DNA of 64,000 nucleotides, from positions 868,001 to 932,000 of the forward strand of contig OX597816.1 in NCBI GenBank assembly GCA_951406725.2, in the 5' to 3' direction. Positions within the stretch are counted from its first letter, which is position 1; each line of letters begins with the position of its first letter. A program made the position numbers and the translations under genes. Shown here in pieces: positions 12,421 to 24,723 of the stretch. The notes below the pieces were generated by a model. The model was given only the letters and a program-made list of their open reading frames with translations, had not been told where the DNA came from and ran no database searches. This DNA is from Octopus vulgaris. Taxonomy: Eukaryota.

Positions 12421-13809
12421 CAATCCATGCAGTTATTTTTGGATGGTCGGAGCTACAGGAGGATTGACTGACTGAGAAATGTGAAGAAACATCAGCAGGC
12501 TTTTCTTTTTTGTTGTTTTCACATGACTTTGTTTGTAAATGGACAATCTGATGTGTTTGTTTTAGTGGCTTCTCAATGTATAGTGTGTCTCTGTCTTAGG
12601 TGACGGGAAGACACTTGGCAAGAAATGGAAACAAAGTTGAAGGAAGAAGAAAAGCAAATGATGATGATGAACGTATTGTATATAGTGCTCAGGTACATTA
12701 TAACCTGTCAGAAAAAGCTAAAAGAGGGGACAGAAAGACGACAGTGGTTAAGTAAAGAAAGGATGCAATGGAAGCTAGAAATACAGGTCCTGTACACAGA
12801 AATATGACACAAAAAGATAGAAAAGTGAACAATAAAAGAGCCATAAAATGGAAAGGGTGGATGGGCACGACAGGAGTAATATTAGTTAATTTCAGGAAAA
12901 TTGGAATTTTTGATGGTTTAGGAACATTTTTATGCAAGTGTGAGCATACCAAGAGTAGAATATACTAATACCACAAAAAAAAAAAAAAAAGAAGTTTATT
13001 TGCATGAATACATGAAGTGAAATGGTTCAACTTCAAATGTGACCAGTGAAAAAGATAAACCCAACACATTGAAAGTAAAGTTTAACAGTGAAATTTTGAA
13101 ATAATAACTGAACCCATTTGCTACGAATGCACCTGAGACCAAAATTGATTTCATGACACAAACTTTCTATTTGAAAGTGAATTCAAACCTTCAATTAAAA
13201 TTTCATATTAATATATTTTCCAAACACCATCATTTTAGTCATTTTACTAATTTCCCCATTATATTCAAAAATAATTGGAACAAAGTCAAAATTATTTCAA
13301 CAGAATTAGGGTAACAAAAGGATTAAATACTTTCCTAATGAAAACACAGAACAACAACCTTTCCATCCATGAAATGGGAAGTAGAAATAGTTCACCTCTT
13401 TAAAACAATTCGTTTAATGAGCTGAACTCTTAATGAACCACCAGCAAATATTAATTGATTTTACAATTTGTATTAAGAGCTTTGACATGGTTAAATGTCA
13501 GGAGATTAAGATGGGATTATTAAACAGGTTTACAAACTAAGCTCTTCCCCAATGGAAAGGACAGCTTTCAAGCAAACTGTTACTTCTTAGGGAACATCAA
13601 TTATTATTATTACATTTTGTCCATCTTTACATATTGAGTTCAAATTCCACTGGGGGTCGCTTTGCCTTTTGTCCTTCAGGGATCAATAAGATAAGTACCA
13701 GTTGAACACTGGGGTCGATGTAATTGACTCATCCCCCTCCCCAAAACTGCTGGCCTTGAGCCAAAATTTGAAACCGTTATTATTGTTGCTGTTTTTCCAC
13801 TACTGCCAA

Positions 13810-15310
13810 AACTGGAGATATTGAGAGGCATCCCATGCAAACTAGGATGCGTGAGAACCGTGTTAGCATACGCAGAGGATGTCATCTTCATCATGTTGAA
13901 CACCAGGCACTTAGACCTTGTCAGCACTGCTCCAAAAGAATATGGCGCAATAACAGGAGCAAAAATTAACCAAGAAAAATCAATGGACCTGCAGCTTGAC
14001 ACGTGGAGAGGCAGGCCTATGCCATCTAATCATGTCATGGGATGCTAGACAGAAGGACCAATTAAATTGCTCAGAGTCTGGTTTGGTGGAGAGGAACTGG
14101 GACGAGGTGATAAACAGGGTGGCCATTCTCACCCAGAAAAGGGCCAAAAGAAAGCTACCCCTGAAAGGTTGGGCAGAAGTGGTGATTGCTTACATTGCCT
14201 CTGCTATATCTTACCACCTGACCATTGTACCTTTCTCCAGTTTATGCCTGACCAAAGTGGTGTGCATACACTTCTGCTTTCTGTAGAAGGGTTGCTTCCC
14301 ACTGGCCAAGTGTTCCATTTGCTATCAACACCTGCTGAATGGAGGACTGGGCATACCATGGCTACTGATGTACAGACATGCACAAAGGCAATGACATTTC
14401 CAGGGCTTCCTTTGACAGGGAGCAGGTGTGGTCACGATTTGTCAGACAGGATTTTTCACAGCTTATCCTTTTGATTGAACTGCAGTCCTGGATCAAGCAT
14501 AGGCAGTGTGCCTGGCACCTAGATTGTCATCAGGCACTCACACTCCTATCAGTTGGACAATGCAGTATGCAGAGTTCTATGCAGAACACTCTGGTGTTCT
14601 ACAGAGGGATAGTGGCGTGCTGACATTCTCGGGAAGGCTCTGGGCATCAGTGAGAATCAACTGGTCAGATCCAGAGAACTTATGGACCAAGGCCTATGAA
14701 TAATTGCCTAAAGGGGATGCAAAGCAACAAAACTGTTCTGCACACTCTTGTCCAGTGTCCAAATATTGCTGATCTGTGGGTTTATGTCGAACACCTGCTG
14801 TCACATGTAGGACAGATCCAGCTATTGGCTGAGTCTATTGTAAAGACTATCCCACTGCCTTCTTTTGGCTGGGAAGGGTAGGCAATTTTTTTTTTTTTGG
14901 TAACCTTAGCAAAAAAGGTTGGGTGGTGGACCAGATTGAAAGAGCCGAAGACAGACAATTTCCTCTTTGGCCCTCATCAACTTTTTCAAATTATCTTGAA
15001 AAGGGAAGTGAGAGAGGGAAGTGCTGCAATTTTGTTGAAAGGTGGGTGAATGTTGCAAGAATGGGCCTACTCTAAGCATGCGCCTATAGACGATGAGGAG
15101 TGGGCACTTTCCCAGTGGTCAGGGCCTCTATGGTTGTGTGGGATTTCCACAAGCAGCCCTAGAAGTCTTTCTCTTTTGGGAAATTTTTCATTATTAAAAT
15201 TTATTTCATCAATTTCACACTTCATTTTATCTAAGCCCACATTGTATTATCTTGTACCATCTCCACAATGTTCGTTTTTTGTGGACCCTTTGTGGTTAAT
15301 AAAGGAAACA
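13810..15310 (+). mobile_element. Degraded L1/Tx1-clade LINE, 3' half
   Basis: LAYAEDV (RT YADD-like), GAKINQEKS and ERNWDEVINRV; ends with aataaa and a (taa)-rich tail. Confidence 0.6.
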
Positions 15311-15877
15311 TAACAATAACAATAATAATAATAATAATAATGATAAAATTATAAAACAGGAAAATGTAAGAAAATTAGTGATATTTTGCAGAAGCAAGAT
15401 TTCACGCTACAAATGGTTAAAAGCATTGGACTAACATTGAAGACTGAATAAACTGGGGGTTGGTGGAGAAGAGAAGAAGAGAAGAGAAGAAGAGAATAGA
15501 GAAGAGAATAGAGAAGAGTAAAGAAGTGAAAACGAAAGGAAGCAGTGGCATTGTATGACCGTCCTCCATAACAATTGAAGTCTGTTCTTGCTGTGATGAC
15601 ACAGTTAATATAACAAGAATTGCCGAATGGAATATTTTATGAGATCTGAGTCAAAGAGTTCTGGTAAAGTGTATCACATCAAAGTGTACCCCTCAATATA
15701 TATATCGTGTGCAAGTTCTTCACTTTTAAGGGTGTATGGAGTAAAAAGACCCCTACTTGCAAACATGTACAGGTTAGCATCATGTAAAGGTGTCTGGCTG
15801 TAAAACCTTCAGCTAACCAAGATGCTTTAACTTTGTTCTCCTTAAATGGATAAATTAATATCATCATTAAACAGTCT

Positions 15878-16322
15878 TGGCCCCCATGCCGGTAGCACGT
15901 AAAAGCACCATCCGTTCATGTCCGTTGCCAGCCTCAACTGGCCCCCATGCCGGTAGCACGTAAAAGCACCATCCGTTCATGTCCGTTGCCAGCCTCAACT
16001 GGCCCCCATGCCGGTAGCACGTAAAAGCACCATCCGTTCGTGTCCGTTGCCAGCCTCGCCTGGCCCCCGTGCCAGTAGCACGTAAAAGCACCATCTGTTC
16101 GTGGCCGTTTGCCAGCTCTGTCTGGCACCTGTGCAGGTGGCACGTAAAAAGCACCCACTACACTCACAGAGTGGTTGGCGTTAGGAAGGGCATCCAGCCG
16201 TAGAAACACTGCCAAATCTGACTGGGCCTGATGAAGCCTTCCGGCTTCACAGACCCCAGTTAAACCGTCCAACCCATGCTAGCATGGAAAACGGACGCTA
16301 AATGATGATGATGATGATGATT
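15878..16322 (+). repeat. RTE 3'-tail element with about 4.5 tandem 61-bp units
   Basis: Unit tggcccccatgccggtagcacgtaaaagcaccatccgttc... starts at 15878, 15939, 16000 and 16061, followed by the common tail and (gat)n. Confidence 0.85.
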
Positions 16323-16934
16323 CCTAAAAGTTTTTCTCACAGAATTAACTTCACCAGCATTTGATTACATCAATGCCTCCCAGGAACATGAACTCACCAT
16401 AGTGGATGGATAAAAGATAATAAAAGGAAATCCAACACCCTTCCACTAAGTCTGTCTGAAGAAAATTCAACAGTTACTTTTAAAGTCAAACAAGAATGGG
16501 TCAGGAGATGACTGTTCCATAAATTGATGGATTGACTGATTAATTGAGGCTGCAAATCATAGTATGTAGTGAATGCAGCTCATTAAATCATTGGAAATGA
16601 TCAAATGTAAATGTGTAAATTATATCATATGAATATAATTCTTCATTCAATTACTTTTATATTCTGCAATCAATACACCAATCAATCAATTGATTATTAG
16701 TTTCAAATTTAGGTTGCATCTGTCACATTGTATAAATAACCTATAAAGATTACAATAATCTTATCAGACGTTCTGTTGGACAGATTTGTAACATGGAGTA
16801 CTTAACAAGGTAGTCATCTGGATTTAGCTAATCTTATTTTTCTTCTTTATACATACATATACACACATGCTATATGTGCATTCATGTATAATACATACGC
16901 ACACACTTATATTTACATATATCTGCATAATACA

Positions 16935-17150
16935 TCTATTATATAAAATCCATTCTGTCTGTCTGTGTGTGTGTCTTCTAGGATCTCGGGCATCCTCCAT
17001 CCGATTGCACTCAAATTTGATATGTAGATACTGACAGTATCAGGGTATGTATAAGTCTTGAAAAAATTACAAAAATCGATTTCAGGTGAGAATGCGATTG
17101 ATAAAGCCATGGGAACGTACATTTGCACATGCAAGTACAGCTGTTGCACT
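16935..17150 (+). mobile_element. Non-autonomous Helitron-like 5' module, partial
   Basis: A|TCTATTATATAAAA start, (ctgt)n, then ccgattgcactcaaattt, as at 50101-50190; no clear 3' end seen. Confidence 0.5.
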
Positions 17151-18157
17151 CAATACTACACGTACACGAGAAAAATGCACATGCAGTTTACGCAAAAAAA
17201 GCCAGCTGGCTTGAAATAATGCCACAAAATGCAGTATATTTAAGTGATCAAAAAAGTTAGATGCAAAAGAGATATTTTCTTCAAACTTGGCATGAAGTAA
17301 GGAAAGACTATTTGGTTTCTCAAGAAGTTTTTTTTTTTGCCTTAATTTTGTTTAACAAAACCAAAAATTTTATTGAAATAAAGGCATGCTTAATTATTTT
17401 TTAATGAAAAGAAAACACTGATTGCTTTTTATTCAGCAGATATGATTCAGCACCGTCAATTGGATGGGGGCGTTTTGCTTGTATTTATATATAAGCAAAA
17501 CTTTCAAACACTGAGATTTGAAATCAGAAGTCACTACTGTTCATATCTTGTGGATAAATTTTAAAATTGATGATATCACCATCAGTGATATAGGTGGATC
17601 GCAGGTGCAATAGCATTAAATAGCTATGAATTAAAAAATTGAACAAAGCGTACTAGAAATAAGAGCTAAAGTCTTAAATTAATCCACCATACCGCACCAA
17701 TATAACAGAGAAAAACAGAAAGGATTAAAACATTTAACAACACAAATAAAAATAGGTTTTGGCTTTTGGGTATTTAAGCCCAGAGCCTCATCAGTGTGGC
17801 CTACCACAATAAACTCCATCTGACCTCTACAAGCATGGAAATGTGGATGTTAAAACAACGGTGATAATGTATATATATATATATAAGAAATTAAAAAAGG
17901 AAAATATGCACACTTTACATAGTTTTAATATAATTTTTAATATATCAACCGGTTTTGCTATCGCTATTCATGATATTATGTTTTACTTATTTGAATATGT
18001 ATTTTCTTAAGAAGAAATTTTGTCCATATTGTGTGTAATAATATTTATGAGTGAATGACTTCACAAGTAGAAAAATAAGGGGAGGTAATTGGTTATCATT
18101 ATTACTGTTACTGTTATGGGCAAGGGAGATAACTGTTCAGCTTTCGGTAAGGGGAGG

Positions 18158-18204
<47 letters not shown>

Positions 18205-18299
18205 CAAAAAAAGGTTTCGATAAACTTGTTTATTGAGGGGATCTATGTACAGTGATGTAATTGTGAATTGAAATATGTAAAAAGATAAAAGTTGGTTTT

Positions 18300-20520
18300 G
18301 CGTACATATTAAGACGTGTTCTGTATTTTTCAATGAAAAAAGTTTATTTAAACGTACTTATGGAGAGGTTGTGTATTTGCACTGGTAGAAGGGGAAGACT
18401 GTGAAATTTGGTTTGATGTTATCTGCACATTTTTCTATATGTTCACAGAGAAGAATTTGCCTGTATTGTGGGAAACGGATATGCTCTTTATGTAGAGTGG
18501 TTCTCTTTCTCAATGGCATACTCGCCTGTCCAATATAGCTGTGTCCGCAACCTGAGCAGGTTATTACATAAATTAGGTTGTCAGAGACACAAGTGAAACT
18601 AGTTTTCATTGTGAACCTCTGTCCTTGTTTGAAAAGGAAATCTGAGCCTTCAAGTAGGTTGGGGCAGGTTCCACAGTTTGGGCGTCCACATTTTTCAACC
18701 GTTGGTTTCGTGGTTGTTTTGTAAAGCTTTGCATTTATTAGTAGTCTCTTTAACGATTTGTGTTGCCTTTAGCATTTGATGAGTTTGTGTGTTTTCAGGA
18801 TGTCGTTCATTTTTGGATCTCTAGTTAGTAAAGGAAGAGTTTGCACAATAGTGTTGTATGCCTCACTGTTTCTGGGATTGTGTGTTGATATAAAAAGTAA
18901 TGTTTTGGTTTGAGGTGTGGTGTTATGTTTTGTTGTTCTTAGTGTTTTTGTGTCTAATTGTTTGGCACGTTTAATTCCCTCGTCGATAAGTGAGGGTGGA
19001 TATTGTCTTTCAGTAAGTGTTGTTTTGAGGTCTTGAAGACGAAGGTCCTGAGTTGTTCTATCAGACACTATTGCGCAAATCCTTTTTGCTAAGTTAAAAG
19101 GGATGTTTATTTTTATGTGTTTCGGGTGCTATGAGTTAAAGAGGAAATATTGTTTTGAGTCAGTTGGTTTATAATAAATGTCAGTTATGATTTCATTGTT
19201 AACTTTTTTTTTTATCATGATGTCTAAAAATGGAAGTTGTTCTTTGTTATATTCCATTGTGAATTGATGTCATTTAGTGTTGATTTGAAATCCAAAAGTT
19301 TGTCGATGTTCTCCTTCCAAATGATAAAACAGTCATCCAGGTATCTTTTCCAATTTTCTCTTATGTGCAGGTAAAATGGGTAATCATATTTCTGAAGTGA
19401 TACTTCATATAAAGTGGATTCAAAATAACCCATTATTAGGTTCGCAAGAACAGGGGCTGCTTTTGTTCCCATCGCAATTCCGCAATTTCTGACGATAGTA
19501 TGTGTCATCCAGTAGGAAATAATTGTTCTGAAGTATAAATTTTAAGGATTCAATAATAAAGATCTGATTTATGCATTCCGGGAGAGCTTTGGGGTACTTT
19601 TCCGACCAGAATTGCTTTTATTCCATAGTCATGAGGGATGTTAGTGTAAAGATTGATAACATTGAGGGTGACCAATACTGCCTCTTCATTAATCGTTTTT
19701 GGTAGGTGTTCTAGCATGTCTAAATCATCTCTAATGAAACTTTTGATGTATTTCAGCAAGGGTTTCAGTAGGATGTCTAGAAAATTGCTCAGTCGGTGGG
19801 TTTCACAGGCTGGCCCAGTTACAATGGGTCTTAAAAGTCAAGTCTTCTGGCATTTGGATGTTTATATATTTGCCTGGAGATTGTTTGCAGGCTTCATTGA
19901 TTATCTTGCTCTTGTGTATTTTAGGGAGGCCATAAAAAAGACTGGGTTTACATTTGAAGTTCGTGATACAGTCTGTTTCTTTTTCTGTCAGGCCTTTTCC
20001 ATGTAGAAGAATTAAGGATGCAAGATTTTTTATTGTTTTTGTTGTTTATAGTTAATAATTTTTTCGTAGAAGGCCTCGTTTTCTAATATGGAAAGTACTA
20101 GTTTTTTATAGTGTTCTGTGTCCATCAGAACTACAGCACTTCCTTTGTCAGCTTCTTTGTCAGGTCTGTGTGGTTTTTTTAGTTCAGTCAGATTTTTCCA
20201 TTCTAGATTGTTGAGGTTAGGATTAATTTTTCGTTTAATGGATGTGTAGGGGAAATTTTGGATATGGTTGCAGTAGTCATCCAGTGTTTTATTCCTACCC
20301 TTAGTGGAAGGTAATTACTTCTGTTTTTGACTAGTGATTCATCTTCTGCGAGTCATAGATTTCTGCAGAATTTCGAAATATTGTCTTTAATTTCATTATG
20401 GTTAGATCTTTGTGGAGTTGGAGTAAACTTTAAACGTTTGGCTAGTAAATTAATTTTTGTTATAGTCTTCTTTGATTAGTTAATTACTTTGGGTTTCTCC
20501 TGTACATTTTGTTTTGTGTG
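18300..20520 (-). mobile_element. Degraded Penelope-like retroelement (RT and GIY-YIG endonuclease)
   Basis: LYTNIPH, GIAMGTKAAP and RYLDDCF (RT); CGRPNCGTCP knuckle near 18690; NLIYVITCSGCGHSYIGQ (GIY-YIG). Many frameshifts. Confidence 0.85.
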
Positions 20521-22679
20521 TCCGTTTCTCTCCACTTGGTCTAAAAAATGTTTATTGTAATTTGGTTGGTAGAAGTTATTATTGTTATTAATTAAATCAG
20601 TATTATTAGTACTTATTATATTGGGATTGCTGCTTGGATAATCTGGTTGGGAGCATGTGATTAGGGTTTCTTCATTGGAATGAATTGTTGGGGTGCTTAA
20701 TTATATTTGGAAGGCTGAGGAGTTGGTTGTGCTGTCTGGGTAAATAGGATGAGGATCAATATACTCACCACATGTTCACTTACATCCTCTCTTCTGAAAT
20801 GTAAGTTGTCATGTAGCTCCTCAATAGCAACAAATCTATTCTACTCTGGCCCTTTCCTTCCATTTCCCATCATAAAGCCACCAGCCTAGGATTTTTGGTC
20901 TTGCAAGGGTGCACTGCGACTTCATTAATACTGGTGGCACAAAACAAGTACCCAATACAGGCTGTAAAGTGGTTGGTGTTAGGAACAGCATCCTTAGAAA
21001 TGATGTCAAAATAAACATTGAAGCATGAAGTCCTTGGACGTGTTGCATCTTGTCAAACAGTCCAACCCATGCCAGCATGGATCATATATGAGGATTATCA
21101 CCTCCATTAGACTTGCTTTTTGTTTTAAGAGACGTATGTGATATTTATATTAAAACAAGCAAAAAGATTTTTTTTAAATATCCACGCTGGTTGCAGACAC
21201 TTTGCTTTGCCCCAATCTTGACTTGGTGAAATCTCAAGGATATGACAACTGGGAGAGAAAGCATTCGTTTTCAGTCAAGTTGAGAAGAGTGATATGAAAT
21301 GAAGTTCCTTGCTAAAGGAACAAAACATACCACTAAACTTGGGATTATGACTCAACATTCTTAACAGCTTCTTTTTAATGAGTTTTACTTAGTGAAACCA
21401 AATCAATAACTTAGTAATGAGATGCCTCTTAATCACTTTTCATTTCAATGTCTCTTCTTTAGGTAAGGTAGCCATGTATCTCCTTTATAGCAAAAATCTT
21501 GTGAGCCTCTATGCTTTAGCTTCTCAACACCCGATATAATATCATCTCCCCCACTTCTACTATAACTACGCTCAAAGGGCTCTGTCTTGCAACTTCACTG
21601 GTGCTGGTGTCACTCAGTACACTTTGTGAAGTGGTTGGTGTTAGAAAGGACAGCCTGCCATAGAAACCATGCCAAAATAGATTTTGGTGCACTCCCCTGA
21701 CTTGTTGGATCCTGTCAAACCATCTGAGCATGAAGGATACATTAAATGGTGATGTAGGGAGGTGAGCTCTGTACTGATTCCAATACCAAGTTATGGTCAA
21801 GTCTCTAATTTGAAGCAGAAGGAGTGAAACTCGAGATAAAACTCATAACTGTTTAGCTAAAACTGGAGCAGTATTCTCTCTCCCTCCCTTCAGCACTGAA
21901 TATGGAAGAAGTCAACAAGTTTGTCTCCTCTGCCTATCACAACTCATTTAAGAACCCTTTGTCAGCATATCTTTGTTAATTTCAAAAATAATGAATATCA
22001 TAAAGTAACTGCCATTCTTAAGCTGATATATAGAACATGAAATTTTAATTTCATTGATCAGCTCAAAACAAGTGCATACCATAGACCCAGTGAAGGTACC
22101 ATTTATACTTTAAGAAATAAAACAAGGCAATAAGAGCACGGGTGAACAAATGCGACTTTAGGATATTCCTACAATTCTGGAAAGAGGTATTAAAGAGACC
22201 CCCAAACCATGTGGTTTTGAGATTAATGCATAGCATGTTGGGCTTCACCTATAACCCTAAACTGGCTTAATTAAGCCTTGTGGGTGGAAATTGGAAGAAG
22301 CCAAGAGCACAAGTCTACCTGACATAGCATTGTGATCTATCATAAAAGCAGTGTCATTCATTTCCAATTCATCAGCATTTAACGTCGGTTGTCCATGCTA
22401 TAATGTGTTCGACTTGGCCTGCAGTCTGATTTGGTATGGTTTCTATGGCTGGATGCCCTTCCTAATGCCAAACACTGAGTGCATTTATGTGTCCCCAGCA
22501 AGGGTGCCATTTGTGTAACACTGGGGTGCTTTTACGCAACACCAGTATCTGCCACGATTGTAATTTTGCTCGATTAGATGGTACTTCTCAAGCACAACAT
22601 AATGCCAAGGTCATTGCTTCTGTGGGGCTTAATGCTTGAAAAGAACTCAGCCACTTTGCCTCCATGAGACCAACACTCA

Positions 22680-24200
22680 GTGTTCTTTACATGCCACCAG
22701 CATGGGTGAACTTCGCTTGAGGCTCAAACTTTGAAGATCGTCCTTCACCACCTTGTTTTGTCTTCCTGGGACTACCTCTACCGCAGCAGAGATCGGCACT
22801 TCTTTACACACCAGTCATCAATTTACATCACATGACCATACCAGTGCAGTTACCTCTTGTACACGTCTGATTCCTTTTATGCCTAACTTTTCTCTCAAGA
22901 TGCTTACACTGTCACATCTAGTGAAGCATATTGGCTCCCTTTCTTTCAAGCCTACATTGTCGGCTGTCACAACCCAAGTTTCACTGCTATGCAACATAGC
23001 TGTTTGCACACAGGCATCATACAATCTGCCTTTCACTGTGAGAGGCCCTTTCTTGCCAGAAGGGGTAAGAGCTCTCTGAACTTTGTCCATCCTAATCTTA
23101 TACTCACAGAATCCACAGCCATTACTAACCTGGTCACCTAGATAACAGAAGCTATCCACCTCTAGCTCCCCCCCACTCCTCTCGGCAATCAATTCAGTGT
23201 CCTTTTCCAGCATCTATTGTACCTGTGCATTGCACCTTACGGAGTTTCTGCCTACACCTTTTCTACACGGTGTACAAGGTCATCTACCTGAAGGGATTTG
23301 CTATTTGTCTGCCTTCCTACTTACTATGACTGGTTCTTTGGTAGGCTCTTTAATTCTAGACCTTCCTTCCATACCTGGAACTGGTAGTCATCAGTATATC
23401 TTTAATCCCTGTTGTTGCCTGGAGGACTATGATGAACAGGGGGAGGGGGGAAGCTGAGTACTGATCCTTAGTGAACCCCAAATTCTTTGCTGTACTAATT
23501 GGCAACCCTCATCTTACTGGTAGCATCCCTGTACATAGCTTGTAAAGCTCTCCCCGAACACTCGTCTATCCCTAGTTCCCAAATTGACCACCAGATAAGG
23601 GTTCAGGGGACCCTATCAAAGGTTTTCTCCAAGTCAAGAAAGGCCAAGTACAGAGGTTTATCTTTGGCTAGGTATTTCTCCTGCAGCTGTCTTGGCAGAA
23701 ATATCGCATCAGTGGTGCTTCTCTCTGGCACAAAACCAAACAGCATGCAATCTAACCTCTCCTTGAGCTATGACCCTCTCCGTGACTTTCATCACCTGAC
23801 CTAGCAATTTGATACCTCTGTAATCATTTCTAAGGCATCACTGCAGTTGACTATGGTACTGCTACACCAGTCATTGGGTATGACTCCTTCACAAACCACC
23901 TGATTTACAATACAAGTGACTAGACCATAACCCACACTGCCAGATATTTTCAGCATCAGAGTGGTGATTCCTGATGGACCAGGGGCTTTCCCTGTCTTCA
24001 TATCCCTAATCGCTTTATCTACCAAGTTACTGTCAGTCCGGGTAGCTGATCCATCAATTGGGTCAACATTTGGCAGACTCTCCTCCCTCCGTTCAGCAGT
24101 CTTTCATAATGACATCTCCAAGCCTCTTTCTTTGCAGAATCATTACATACAAGTACAGCATCAACCGTACAGACACAATTCTCTTCTAAGGCATCACAAT
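22680..24200 (-). mobile_element. Degraded RTE LINE
   Basis: MKTGKAPGPSG, IPNDWCSSTIV, EVDSFCYLGD and VKGRLYDACVQTAMLH. Confidence 0.8.
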
Positions 24201-24723
24201 TTTCTGAAGGCCAGAAAGATGCCAAGACATAAACCAATCTGGAAAAGAAGGATTTAGAAACCTAAAGACTCTTCATATGGTCAGAGATTTAGGGATATCC
24301 TGAGATTCAATGAAAGGGACAGGGAGCTACAAACTTGTGGCATGAAGGACAATTAAGGATTCCCGAGGGACAACTTGCTACAGACTAAATCTGGCTGGAA
24401 GTCCCATCCAAACCTAGGGTAATTGTGAATGAATGATTTGGTAGACAGGGCCATTAGAGTTAAGAAACAGTCCTGGAAGAATGGGGGTAGCAGGGAACTG
24501 AATCAGACTGCTAAGAGACAGGTATATCCACCCGAGCAAGAAGCAGCAAAGAAGTATAATTCTGTTCAACATTTGGATTGCAAAACAGTATGTGAGAGAA
24601 CATAGTGATGCCTTAGGAGAGAATTGTGTCTGTATGTTAGTTAGTTAGTTAGTTAGTTAATTTGGCTCAAAAGCAAATAGCAAGGCCATGTAGGGGGACA
24701 TGGAGTTAAGTACAGGGTGGTGT

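Noticed and set aside
15878-16140. CRISPR-like periodic array
   Set aside because: Whole units repeat without unique spacers, in a eukaryotic retroelement UTR.
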